Source of the DNA: Trichormus sp. ATA11-4-KO1 | GTDB taxonomy: Bacteria; Cyanobacteriota; Cyanobacteriia; Cyanobacteriales; Nostocaceae | Assembly (NCBI GenBank): GCA_019358915.1 | Contig: JAHHIM010000036.1 | Span: forward strand, 443,588 to 507,587 | Reading direction: 5' to 3' | Length of the DNA: 64,000 nucleotides | Part shown: one piece after another, positions 1-9,200 of the stretch | Layout: every line of letters begins with the position of its first letter | Position numbering within the stretch: position 1 is the first letter of the stretch | Position numbers and translations under genes: made by a program | Notes under the pieces: model-generated | What the model was told of the DNA's origin: nothing | Database searches by the model: none | Seen by the model: only the letters and a program-made list of their open reading frames with translations

Positions 1-587
1 GTAGGATTGCGATAGGGGTCTTGAAGTCCTTTAATGTTACCGCACAATAATGGAGTCAGACCAATACTTTTGACAAATCGGTAGAGATTCATTTCTACCC
101 CTGGCTGATCACCATCACAGGCGCTGAGAATGACTCCGGCTTTGTCGGCGTATACTTTTAGGATGGGGCCAATAGTAGCGTCGAGTTCGGCATTCATCAT
201 AATCACATGTTTGCGATGAGCGATCGCCTCCATAACTACATGAGCGCCAAATTCTACTGCACCGGTGACTTCGATGATGGCATCAATTCCCTCTGCTTGG
301 CAGAGTAATTGGACATCTTCGGTGACTGCATATTTATGGTTGGCGATCGCGTCTTCTAATTCAGTTACAGTTGTCACAACTTGCATATTTTCTAGCCCCG
401 CTTCTGTATAAGCTCGTTTAGCTGCATCAACCTGACGGCTAAAAATAGCAACTAACTCCATTCCGGGAACTGAATTAATAATCTGATTAGCAATCCCTCG
501 ACCCATAAAACCAGCACCAATCATCCCCACTTTCACTGGATTACCTGCTGCGGCGCGGGCTTGTAAGGCACGATCAATAATAATCAT
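1..587 (-). CDS. NAD(P)-dependent oxidoreductase, homoserine-dehydrogenase-like/SAF family; 3' part lies outside the window
   Basis: Not in the ORF track. Manual translation from ATG 587 gives MIIIDRALQARAAAGNPVKVGMIGAGFMGRGIANQ (Rossmann GxGxxG). An AGGA RBS lies upstream. Confidence 0.8.
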   Translation of the reverse strand, partial: MIIIDRALQARAAAGNPVKVGMIGAGFMGRGIANQIINSVPGMELVAIFSRQVDAAKRAYTEAGLENMQVVTTVTELEDAIANHKYAVTEDVQLLCQAEGIDAIIEVTGAVEFGAHVVMEAIAHRKHVIMMNAELDATIGPILKVYADKAGVILSACDGDQPGVEMNLYRFVKSIGLTPLLCGNIKGLQDPYRNP

Positions 588-649
588 TAGTTAAATTCCT
601 GTATTAATTCTAGTTTGAGCAAGAAATTTCCGAACCCCGGTTTCTCAAC

Positions 650-1225
650 TCATGAATGATTGAGCATTGATATAGAATCTGCACAACCAACGGGGATCAT
701 TTCTAATAAAGTCCAATTTAAGTCTTTCTCAGAAATTTCAGTTACTGCTAGAGGCCATTCAATATTAAAAAACGGGTCATCATAGCGTAATCCTCGTTCA
801 TATCCTGGTGTATAAAATTCACCCACTTGATACATTACCTCAGCATCATCTGTGAGAGTTTGATAACCGTGGGCAAACATTTCTGGTACATACAAAGCCC
901 GGTGATTTTCTGCGGTTAATTCCACACCAATATGTGATAAAAAAGTCGGCGATTCAGGACGCATATCAATAATTACGTCATAGATAGCGCCTTTGGTACA
1001 GCGCACTAATTTTGTTTCTGCGGCTGGAGAAACTTGATAATGCATTCCCCTCACAGTGCCTTTTTTGTGGTTGAAAGAAATATTACATTGGGCAACTGTG
1101 GGCTTCAAACCATGTGCCACAAATTCTTGAGCGCAGAAACCACGGGCAAAAAAACCGCGATGATCTGGCTTTTTTTCTACGTCAATAATGAGTGCGTCTT
1201 GGAGTGCAGTGGTGGTAAAAATCAT
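650..1225 (-). CDS. rfbC: dTDP-4-dehydrorhamnose 3,5-epimerase family
   Basis: Motifs D.RGFF, GTVRGMHYQ, KLVRC..GAIYDV.ID.R, P..FAHGYQTL, ISEKD. Confidence 0.92.
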   Translation of the reverse strand: MIFTTTALQDALIIDVEKKPDHRGFFARGFCAQEFVAHGLKPTVAQCNISFNHKKGTVRGMHYQVSPAAETKLVRCTKGAIYDVIIDMRPESPTFLSHIGVELTAENHRALYVPEMFAHGYQTLTDDAEVMYQVGEFYTPGYERGLRYDDPFFNIEWPLAVTEISEKDLNWTLLEMIPVGCADSISMLNHS

Positions 1226-1383
1226 AGAAATTATCAGTATTTAACTAAGGAAGAAGGACGAAGTGATAACTTTAAGGGAGTTAGACACGCAGTTGATTAT
1301 TGCTAAAGAAGTAAAATTACTTGCCCCTGAAATGTTTGATTCTGCTTTAAAAGAGGTTGATGAAATGTAGCGTATTCTAGTAT

Positions 1384-2259
1384 CTACTCTGCAAAAACTG
1401 CCACGATAGCCCTTCCTTCTTCCTTAAGCCCTATCCTTTCATCAACTTCTCTGTTTAAATTTGGTCTAGGATATGTATTATCCCAGTAATGAGTACAAAG
1501 TTCTGGACGCTTGGGAGGGTTGGCAGTATAGACAAAAAACAGTGTTGACCGTTCTTCAGTGCGGAGAGTACCATGATGTAAAATTCGTCTGGTATCAGCA
1601 AAAATAACAGTACCGGCTGGACCTGGACAAGACTTCCACGCGGATTTTGGGACAATTTTATTTAGCGTTTGATCATCAATTCCTCCTAAGTTTTTAATTT
1701 GGCGTTTAATTCGATAAGCTTGTGATCGGGAAATTAAAGATATTGGCACATATTCAAAAGGCCCATGTTTTTCCTCCACATCATTTAAGTAGACAATAAT
1801 TTTGAGAACTCGGCGGTCTTCTATATCTCTATGCCATAGTAATGTTTGAAACTGCTCTGTGTTGGCAAAGTCTTTGCGTAAATGTACACCATGATAAGCA
1901 ACGGGAAGACCAATGTAATTTTCGATAATGTTGAACAGCCTTTGTTCTCTTCCCCAGTTATAGAATGCTGGTAAATCTGTAACTATGTAAATTTCTGGCG
2001 GATTTTGGCTGGAACTGCTATAGTTAGCTGCTCCCATACTTGGCAATAGACTGTAAGCAGAATTGAGTAATTGTGAGGTGGAAGTTAATCCTAACTCTGT
2101 GAGGTTTGTAATGTGAATTCCGTCACGTTTAATCGAGTCAAGAATTATGCGATCGCTTGCTGCTAATACAGGCAATTTTTTTCCATGTTGCCAAGATGAT
2201 ACTCTGTAATTTAACTCTGATTTTAGGGAAAACAACTTGTCACCAACATTAGTAAACAT
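1384..2259 (-). CDS. PhyH-like 2-oxoglutarate/Fe(II) oxygenase-fold protein
   Basis: WHRD (HxD), VYLNDV....GPFEY, GPAGTVIFADT and a distal HHG. Confidence 0.7.
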   Translation of the reverse strand: MFTNVGDKLFSLKSELNYRVSSWQHGKKLPVLAASDRIILDSIKRDGIHITNLTELGLTSTSQLLNSAYSLLPSMGAANYSSSSQNPPEIYIVTDLPAFYNWGREQRLFNIIENYIGLPVAYHGVHLRKDFANTEQFQTLLWHRDIEDRRVLKIIVYLNDVEEKHGPFEYVPISLISRSQAYRIKRQIKNLGGIDDQTLNKIVPKSAWKSCPGPAGTVIFADTRRILHHGTLRTEERSTLFFVYTANPPKRPELCTHYWDNTYPRPNLNREVDERIGLKEEGRAIVAVFAE

Positions 2260-2297
2260 GGTGTAATTGAGGTTTGAATTGTGTATGTCAGTTGTTA

Positions 2298-3446
2298 TTA
2301 ATTTCTTACTTCTGCTACTTGCGCCACATTTTCCCCTGCTTCAACTCCCAATACAGGAATTTCTCGTGGTTGAAAATATGCAAGTTGCATAAACTGCTGA
2401 ATTTGAGCTTGGCTCTTTTGCTTCATGTCATAGCCTTGTTGCCATGCTTTTGTCCAATCAACTATCCAAGCTAAGGCTGTTGCTAAGTCTAATTGGGGTT
2501 CCCAGTTGATTTGCGTCCGAGCTTTAGAACAATCCAAGGTTAAATAATTGGCTTCGTGGGGTTGAACTCTACTATCTTTAGTCCAAGTAGCATCTTTACC
2601 CCAAAACTGTTTGAGTTGTTCAACTACCCAAAATACTGTTTTTACTCCTGACTCATCCGGCCCAAAATTCCAACCTCCGTTGTAAAGTGAACCTTGAGTA
2701 AATAGTTTTTCTGCCAGCATTAAGTAACCATTGAGTGGTTCCAAAACATGCTGCCAAGGTCGGACGGCTTGGGGATTTCTAATCACTACTTCTTTTCCTG
2801 CCAGCCAAGCGTTGAGAATATCAGGAATTAGACGGTCTTTAGCCCAATCTCCGCCACCAATCACATTGCCGGCGCGAACAGTGGCTATAGCTACCCCATG
2901 TTGTCCGTAATCAGCAGGATTGAAAAAAGATTGACGATAAGCTGTTGCAACTAACTCAGCACATCCTTTACTACTGCTGTAAGGGTCATATCCTCCCATA
3001 GGATCACTTTCCCGGTAGCCCCAAACCCATTCCCGATTTTCATAACATTTATCGGAGGTGATGCTGACTACAGCTCTGACGCTAGATACAGACCGTACTG
3101 CTTCCAACACATTCACCGTACCCATGATATTGACAGCATAGGTATCTACTGGGTTGTGATAAGATTCCCGCACCAATGCTTGAGCTGCCATATGAATGAC
3201 GATATCTGGTTGGTAGGATTGCATTACTTGCTTGAGCAAGTTTAAATCTTTGATATCGCCTACTACTGATGTCATTCCATGAGCAACGTTAGCTAACTCA
3301 AACAAACTGGGAGATGTTGGGGGAGCTAAAGCATAACCAATCACCTCAGCCCCTAACATTTGTAACCATAGAGATAACCAACTGCCTTTAAAGCCTGTAT
3401 GTCCTGTAACAAAAACTTTTTTTCCCGTCCAAAAATTCGCTGACAT
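2298..3446 (-). CDS. rfbG: CDP-glucose 4,6-dehydratase
   Basis: FW.GKKVFVTGHTGFKGSWL, TSDKCY, DPYSSSK, RPWQHVLEPL. Start moved to ATG 3446 because the longer ORF N-terminus is translated repeat DNA. Confidence 0.93.
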   Translation of the reverse strand: MSANFWTGKKVFVTGHTGFKGSWLSLWLQMLGAEVIGYALAPPTSPSLFELANVAHGMTSVVGDIKDLNLLKQVMQSYQPDIVIHMAAQALVRESYHNPVDTYAVNIMGTVNVLEAVRSVSSVRAVVSITSDKCYENREWVWGYRESDPMGGYDPYSSSKGCAELVATAYRQSFFNPADYGQHGVAIATVRAGNVIGGGDWAKDRLIPDILNAWLAGKEVVIRNPQAVRPWQHVLEPLNGYLMLAEKLFTQGSLYNGGWNFGPDESGVKTVFWVVEQLKQFWGKDATWTKDSRVQPHEANYLTLDCSKARTQINWEPQLDLATALAWIVDWTKAWQQGYDMKQKSQAQIQQFMQLAYFQPREIPVLGVEAGENVAQVAEVRN

Positions 3447-3498
3447 CACCACACCTTCAATTTTGCTTGACCAGAATTCCACATTTTTTCGAGAGACT

Positions 3499-3579
3499 GT
3501 GGGGGAGTGGGGAGATGGGGGGAAAGAACTTATATTAGTAATCTCCCCTTGTCCCCTTGTCTCCTTGTCCCCTCTCCCT
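3499..3579. repeat. Short tandem repeats (GGGGAG-rich and TCCCCTTG units) between rfbF and rfbG
   Basis: A G-rich tract followed by tccccttg/tctccttg units; partly self-complementary. Confidence 0.7.
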
Positions 3580-4351
3580 ACCACACTTTCCAAGGAGCCT
3601 GGCCACTCTTCCATAGCTCTTCTAGATAGTTTTTATCGCGTAATGTATCCATCGGCTGCCAAAAACCTTGATGTTTGAAAGCAGATAGCTGATCCATTTC
3701 AGCTAGCTTTTCTAATGGTTCTTTCTCCCAAACCGTAGAGTCATCAGCAACCAAGTTAATTACTTCTGGTTCTAAAACAAAATAACCGCCATTAATCCAG
3801 GCTCCATCACCTTCAGGTTTTTCCCGAAAGCTGTTGATTTTAGTTTGTTCTTGACCTAAGGAAATAGCACCAAAGCGTCCAGCTGGTTGCACTGCACTGA
3901 GTGTCGCTAAGGTTTTTTGCTCTTTATGAAACTTAATTAGTTCTGTAATATTTATATCACTTACACCATCACCGTAAGTGAAACAAAAAGTATCATTACC
4001 AACATGCTCACTGATGCGTTTTAAGCGTCCGCCTGTCATTGTATAGTCACCTGTATTGACTAAAGTGACACGCCAGGGTTCGGCATAACCAGAATGTATA
4101 TTCATCTGATTAAATCGCATATCAAAGGTCACATCTGACATGTGTAAAAAGTAATTAGCAAAATACTCTTTAATGATGTAACCTTTATATCCACAACAAA
4201 TGATGAAGTCATTAATTCCGTGGGCAGAGTAAGTCTTCATGATGTGCCAGAGAATTGGTTTTCCACCAATTTCCACCATTGGCTTGGGTCTGATACTAGT
4301 TTCTTCACTGAGGCGTGTACCAAGCCCTCCAGCCAGAATCACCGCTTTCAT
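3578..4351 (-). CDS. rfbF: Glucose-1-phosphate cytidylyltransferase
   Basis: MKAVILAGGLGTRLSEET..RPKPMVEIG, TYGDGV, GFWQPMDTLRDK, APWKVW. Start placed at ATG 4351. Confidence 0.95.
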   Translation of the reverse strand: MKAVILAGGLGTRLSEETSIRPKPMVEIGGKPILWHIMKTYSAHGINDFIICCGYKGYIIKEYFANYFLHMSDVTFDMRFNQMNIHSGYAEPWRVTLVNTGDYTMTGGRLKRISEHVGNDTFCFTYGDGVSDINITELIKFHKEQKTLATLSAVQPAGRFGAISLGQEQTKINSFREKPEGDGAWINGGYFVLEPEVINLVADDSTVWEKEPLEKLAEMDQLSAFKHQGFWQPMDTLRDKNYLEELWKSGQAPWKVW

Positions 4352-4684
4352 ACAATTACCTTGGAGATTTACAGGTAGTTTTTCATTTAAATTTTTCGCC
4401 ATGAAGAAGATGCACTTTAATTGGAGAAAATTCTCTAAATAATGTCTTTTCCTCCGTACATAATCTAACGATTATTTCTATCGAATTCATAAAGAAAATG
4501 TAAATAAATTTCTTTTATATATAAAACCTCTATAAATCTCTAATTAAATAACTTAATTACAGCAAAAAATAGCTAAAAATAATCAGAACTAGCCAAAGCC
4601 AATCCTGATTATTTTTACTTTTATATCATCAGATATCAAAAGCAGTTACTAAACAACTAGTAAGACAATTTACTAGTTTCTCAA

Positions 4685-6865
4685 TTAATTTGTGCCTGTA
4701 TATTCCCACATAGCAGAGCTTTGTAATAAGGCAGTACATTGACTTTCTACGATTACACAAATACTGCTAAGTGCTTGCTGGTAATTTTCCGTATCCTCTT
4801 GTTCTAGGGAAAGTTTAGCGGCTGTCTGTAAATCTTCAATAGCTTTCAAATTATTAGGATCAGATTCACTACCAGCATATTGTGTAAGTTCATAGCGAAT
4901 CATCCCTCGTTTGAGGTAGACTTTCGCTAGTTTGTCATTAATCTTTAATGCTTGGTTAAAGTCAGCGATCGCCTGTTGATATTCTTGAATAAAATCGCTA
5001 CTAAATTGAGCCATTTTATGGCGAACTTCACCTCGCTGAAAATAAGCTTCGGCGTTGGATACGTTCAGTCGAATTGCTTGGGTAAAATCAACAATTGCTT
5101 GTTTGTAATCTTGCACAGATTCGCTACTGTATCTAGCCATCTGAGAACGGACAATACCCCTTCTAATATAAGCTTCGGTTTCCTGATTATTAATCCGGAG
5201 GGCTTGATTAAAATCAGCGATCGCTTGGTTATATTCTCGATCAGGATCGTTGCTGTATTCAGCCAGCATGTAGCGGGCATTGCCTCGATTCACAAAAGCT
5301 TTGATTTCATCAGGATTAATTTGCAAAGCTTGGTTATAGTCTTTGAGTGCGCCTTCGTAATCTTTCAAGTTGTAGCGAGCATTGCCTCGGTTGACATAAG
5401 CTCTGGCATTTGTGGGTTCCTGTTGAATGGCTTGGCTAAAGTTTTCCACCGCTTGCTCATAATCTCGGATTTGGTAAGCAGCATGACCCTGCTGATAGTA
5501 ATCTGCGAAAGTCAAAGTCTGATCATTGGTTTGAGGACGAGCCATCAACGTTTGTTGCGTGTAAGCATTTTGGGAAACATACGGACGCGTAAATTTAACC
5601 ATCACGTCCAAATACCCCAACACACCAAAACCCAGTAAGCACAACACAGCCGGATAAACTTTTGTCTTCTTCTGCCGTTGATAAGACGAATAGCTAGGAG
5701 TAGCTACTGGCTGCCAATAATTTGCTTGGTACAGAGGCATAACTGGTTGTGGCGAACGTGGCCGCTGGGCGTAACGCCGTTGCGGGACAACTCGCGGTCG
5801 CAGATGTTCGCGATTTTCCACTGCCCGAGATGACGGAAATGGGTCACGTCCACCCAACCGCAAGGCACGTTCACACCAAGGACAGCTATCTAGGTGGTTA
5901 TTATAACGATGCTGAGGATTGACAGTGCAGGTAATTAGACTATCTTCGGCTTCAGCTACTGCCGACAGCCAAGCTTGGGCGCTGGGGCGTAGCTGTGGGT
6001 CGTTATGACCATCTTCAAAACAACGTAAAAAGAGTTCCTGTAACTTGGGATGAAGAACTTCCCAAGCAGGTGCAATAGGAGTAGGCAGATAAGGTACTTG
6101 CCGCTTTTGACTGTAAGTAAAGTGTCCAGCAGCAATCCGGGCTTCGTAGGGCGGTGGCTCAGGAATACCTTGAAATATTCCAGAGAAGGGGTGAGTACCT
6201 TCCATTAACAGTTGAAAAATCAACACCGCCAAGCCAAACAAGTCATGAGGAATATCGCGATCGTGTTGCGCAAAAATTTTATTTTGGAGTTCCGGTGGGG
6301 TAAACTCTGGTTTACCTACTGGACAACGGTAAACAACATTGCTGTCTGGATCACGCACCTGAAAAGAGTCTGTGTCTACCAAGGTTACCAATGCTGTATC
6401 GCTGACGAGAATATTTGACTCATTCACATCGCCAACACAATATCCACTATTGTGCAAAGCAGCAAAAGCCGCCGCTAGATTACGCGCTGTGCGAAGTAGG
6501 TACTGATAATTGAATAAAGGACAGTGTTGGCGACGAGTTCTGGGGTTGTAAAAGTCAATAATTGGGCGCATCCCGCGAATCCGAGGCATCAAAAAGCCGA
6601 TGATGCCATTGTTTGCATCTACTGCTCGTAAGAGATCCTGTGGCCAAGCAATAGAAATATGTCCTAAGCTAGCCGTAGGATTTTCCGGTGGGTTAGCAAG
6701 CATCGCCCGCAGTTTGTGGGCGTGAGCAACTGTTGGCTGATGATAAACCTTCGCTACTAAATCACCACAGGACGGTACTGCATAGATACACGCTTCACCG
6801 CCACGCCCCAAACTAACGCTGAGGTTGATAATTTCTTGCTTGGGAAGACAACGTAGAACCTGCAT
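4685..6865 (-). CDS. YegI/TerY-P-type Ser/Thr kinase with Cys/His cluster, one TM helix and C-terminal TPR repeats
   Basis: LGRGGEA G-loop, VAKVY, GDVNESNILV, DTDSFQ, C..H...CPWC, hydrophobic VYPAVLCLLGFGVLGYL, and repeated AYxxRG...A..D..QA TPR units. Confidence 0.85.
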   Translation of the reverse strand: MQVLRCLPKQEIINLSVSLGRGGEACIYAVPSCGDLVAKVYHQPTVAHAHKLRAMLANPPENPTASLGHISIAWPQDLLRAVDANNGIIGFLMPRIRGMRPIIDFYNPRTRRQHCPLFNYQYLLRTARNLAAAFAALHNSGYCVGDVNESNILVSDTALVTLVDTDSFQVRDPDSNVVYRCPVGKPEFTPPELQNKIFAQHDRDIPHDLFGLAVLIFQLLMEGTHPFSGIFQGIPEPPPYEARIAAGHFTYSQKRQVPYLPTPIAPAWEVLHPKLQELFLRCFEDGHNDPQLRPSAQAWLSAVAEAEDSLITCTVNPQHRYNNHLDSCPWCERALRLGGRDPFPSSRAVENREHLRPRVVPQRRYAQRPRSPQPVMPLYQANYWQPVATPSYSSYQRQKKTKVYPAVLCLLGFGVLGYLDVMVKFTRPYVSQNAYTQQTLMARPQTNDQTLTFADYYQQGHAAYQIRDYEQAVENFSQAIQQEPTNARAYVNRGNARYNLKDYEGALKDYNQALQINPDEIKAFVNRGNARYMLAEYSNDPDREYNQAIADFNQALRINNQETEAYIRRGIVRSQMARYSSESVQDYKQAIVDFTQAIRLNVSNAEAYFQRGEVRHKMAQFSSDFIQEYQQAIADFNQALKINDKLAKVYLKRGMIRYELTQYAGSESDPNNLKAIEDLQTAAKLSLEQEDTENYQQALSSICVIVESQCTALLQSSAMWEYTGTN

Positions 6866-6950
6866 GATTAAATCACGGTGAATGGGGTTATTTAAAAGAC
6901 TGATATAGTAGAATCACCAAAACATTACTCACATTACAAGTGCTTTCTTC

Positions 6951-6981
6951 ACTCAGCACTCAGCACTCAGCACTCAGCACT
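6951..6981. repeat. Heptamer tandem repeat (ACTCAGC)x4
   Basis: Read directly; it supplies the last codons and stop of the PP2C gene. Confidence 0.9.
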
Positions 6982-7758
6982 TTTAAAGGCAGCTATAATC
7001 AGTGTCAAATCATCATCAGTACGTTGCGTAATCCGCTCAGAACTTAAAAATTTCACTAACTGCTCTTTTGCTACTGTTTTATCTTCGGCATTCTCTACAA
7101 AGTCGAATAAGGGAAAAAAGAACGGTTTATGAGGTTCACCAACAACCATATTTAAAGCCAGCATTTGCAGTCCATCGGTGAGGATAGCAACATTAACTAT
7201 GGTTTCACGCCATAATCTCATCTGCGCTATGTCTAAGGCGTCAGGCGAAGTTAAAAAATTTGTCTCGTTGATGTATTCGCCATTGTCAGGTATGGTCAGT
7301 GCCAGTAAGTTACCTTGATCATCCTTGGCTACTGCCAAACCATCACCAATCTGTACGACTGCCACCATGTCTGGTGTAGCCACCATAATAATTAAGGTAG
7401 TTGCTAAATCTTGAGGCTGTTTGTTACAAGCCACTGCTTCATCCTCTACCGCTTTTCTAGCAGCTAGCAAAGCCTCATTCAATAGCGTTTGCACAATTGC
7501 ATCATCTGCAAGGGAGTCTCTAGTAATTTCTTTGATGGATAGGGTTTCGACGGCTGTTTCCACAGCTACCATCGCGCCTACTTTTCCCTGGCTAGCAGAA
7601 CCTGCACCATCAGCAGCAGCAGCCACCAACACATTACCTGGTAATAGTTGCCAGTGGTGAGCATCTTGACACAGCTGCTTGTTTTTGACGTGGCTAGTAC
7701 CACATACAGATGCGGCGACTACCCGCCAATGAGATATCTGTTTTGATGTTGTGTTCAT
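6967..7758 (-). CDS. PP2C-like protein phosphatase (YegK/TerY-P type)
   Basis: SV.GTSH....CQDA, ADGAGSA, QIGDG, GEYINETNFLT, TDGLQ, DDDLTL. Confidence 0.88.
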   Translation of the reverse strand: MNTTSKQISHWRVVAASVCGTSHVKNKQLCQDAHHWQLLPGNVLVAAAADGAGSASQGKVGAMVAVETAVETLSIKEITRDSLADDAIVQTLLNEALLAARKAVEDEAVACNKQPQDLATTLIIMVATPDMVAVVQIGDGLAVAKDDQGNLLALTIPDNGEYINETNFLTSPDALDIAQMRLWRETIVNVAILTDGLQMLALNMVVGEPHKPFFFPLFDFVENAEDKTVAKEQLVKFLSSERITQRTDDDLTLIIAAFKSAEC

Positions 7759-7803
7759 AGATTTTTTAAAGCAGCTAGCTGTGTGAGTATCAGCCGCGAG
7801 CGA

Positions 7804-8478
7804 TTAAAGAGTCCCCCAGCCAATGGGTGGTAGTGCTACCTGTTCGTCTATTTGGGAATGGGAAACTGCTGACATACTAGCTGATAACCAAACAAACATT
7901 TCAATAAAGTTAAGTCCTTTGAGTTTGAGGGGAGTCCGCACAGCTAATTGATTTAGACGCATCATATTAGCGTTTTCTACACCTACTGTAAAGAAGGCGA
8001 CACGTTTATTGGCTTCATCACCTTGCAAACGTTGCGCCGCTTGCTCTATCAGATGATCTAATTCACCTTGTGGCTCTCCATCTGTAATCATAAATACCCA
8101 AGGACGATAATAAGCAATGCCATTGGCACGATAGAGGGATTTACGTTCTTGCACCATGTCTAACGCTTTATGAATTCCCGCACCCATAGTCGTTAGTCCC
8201 TGTGCAGTCAAGATAGGCGGATTGAATTGATCAGCTGTTACAAAATCTTGCACTATGTTGACATGACTATCAAAAGTAATTATCGCTACTTCTACTCTTC
8301 TGGCTGCCAAGGAATTTTTCATCAATTCATCTTTCAAACTTAGCAAACCCTGATTTAAAGCTTCTATGGGATCTCCTTGCATTGAGCCTGATGTGTCCAG
8401 CAATAAAACACAAGGACAACGTGGTTCTGGATTTTCAGCAAACTCCACTACTTCATCAAGTTTTAAGGTATCAGGCAT
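7804..8478 (-). CDS. TerY/YegL-type von Willebrand factor A domain protein
   Basis: ENPEPRCPCVLLLDTSGSM (MIDAS), YYRPWVFMITDGEP, WLSASMS. Start placed at ATG 8478. Confidence 0.9.
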   Translation of the reverse strand: MPDTLKLDEVVEFAENPEPRCPCVLLLDTSGSMQGDPIEALNQGLLSLKDELMKNSLAARRVEVAIITFDSHVNIVQDFVTADQFNPPILTAQGLTTMGAGIHKALDMVQERKSLYRANGIAYYRPWVFMITDGEPQGELDHLIEQAAQRLQGDEANKRVAFFTVGVENANMMRLNQLAVRTPLKLKGLNFIEMFVWLSASMSAVSHSQIDEQVALPPIGWGTL

Positions 8479-8520
8479 AACGTTTTGTTTTATCTTATAG
8501 TCCAACGCTTTATTTTCCTT

Positions 8521-8549
8521 TTTTCAAAGTATATAGTTTGGTTTCCGGA
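8521..8549 (-). promoter_or_regulatory. Candidate DIF1 (heterocyst-specific) promoter
   Basis: Minus strand reads TCCGGA (8549-8544), 18 nt, then GAAAA (8525-8521), about 45 nt before the vWA ATG. Confidence 0.6.
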
Positions 8550-8783
8550 GCCTACAAGACCAAAGATAGATGTTTGATGGTAATTGGTTGAATCTTTATT
8601 AAATAAATAGTTTTCACCAAATTATCTACATATTTATTTAATAAATTCTTCATCATGACTTAGTTGAGGACACGCTAATTCCTGAGGTTTAGTATTACCT
8701 AATGAGTATAATTACTAAACCATATAATAATTGTGTATAGCAAACACAGAATATAACAAATATACGAATTTACCCATATAAAT

Positions 8784-8889
8784 AGGACTTACGCAATAAC
8801 TCTCTGAAACCCTCTTTCCTTCGTTTCCTTTGTGGTATGCGCAGCGCGCACGCTTCGCGAACGTTTTTTCATAATTTTGCGTAAGTCAT
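8784..8889. mobile_element. MITE-like element, TIR AGGACTTACGCA...TGCGTAAGTCAT
   Basis: 12-bp terminal inverted repeat with 1 mismatch; related copy at 10694-10830. Confidence 0.7.
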
Positions 8890-9200
8890 GATAAAATTTT
8901 TAAGATTATATTTAAGCAAAACTAATTACAAGTAATATTATCAGCATAAAAATTCTGCATGTGTAGCCATAAGAACTTAAAATTGAAAAATGCCTAAAAA
9001 ATATTAGCTATCGGTGGATAGTACGAAATATAACAAAGCCTTGAAAGCATAATTTTTATACATATTTTTTAATATATGTACATGTTTTACCCAAAACAAT
9101 ATTTTGTTTTAGGAAAATATTAAGTAACGCAAAATCCTATCTATTGGAGACTCCAAATATACATATTTTTTTGTATAATTACTTAAAAATCCTCCAAAAT

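Noticed and set aside
1246..1450. Two 13-14 bp inverted matches around the oxygenase 3' end
   Set aside because: Their order is not nested, so they do not form one hairpin or TIR pair; probably chance.
3447..3614. N-terminal extension of rfbG in the track; similar extensions at 22205-22336 and 38994-39065
   Set aside because: Encoded by intergenic tandem repeats; family similarity begins at the downstream ATG.
5194..5199. Other TCCGGA hexamers (5194 and 31081)
   Set aside because: Inside coding sequence and not positioned before a gene start.
4952..5638. 228-aa plus-strand ORF
   Set aside because: Antisense shadow of the kinase TPR repeats with no recognisable motifs.
8600..9200. NtcA box (GTA-N8-TAC) upstream of the PatA-family gene
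   Set aside because: Only wrongly spaced near-matches were found by eye.
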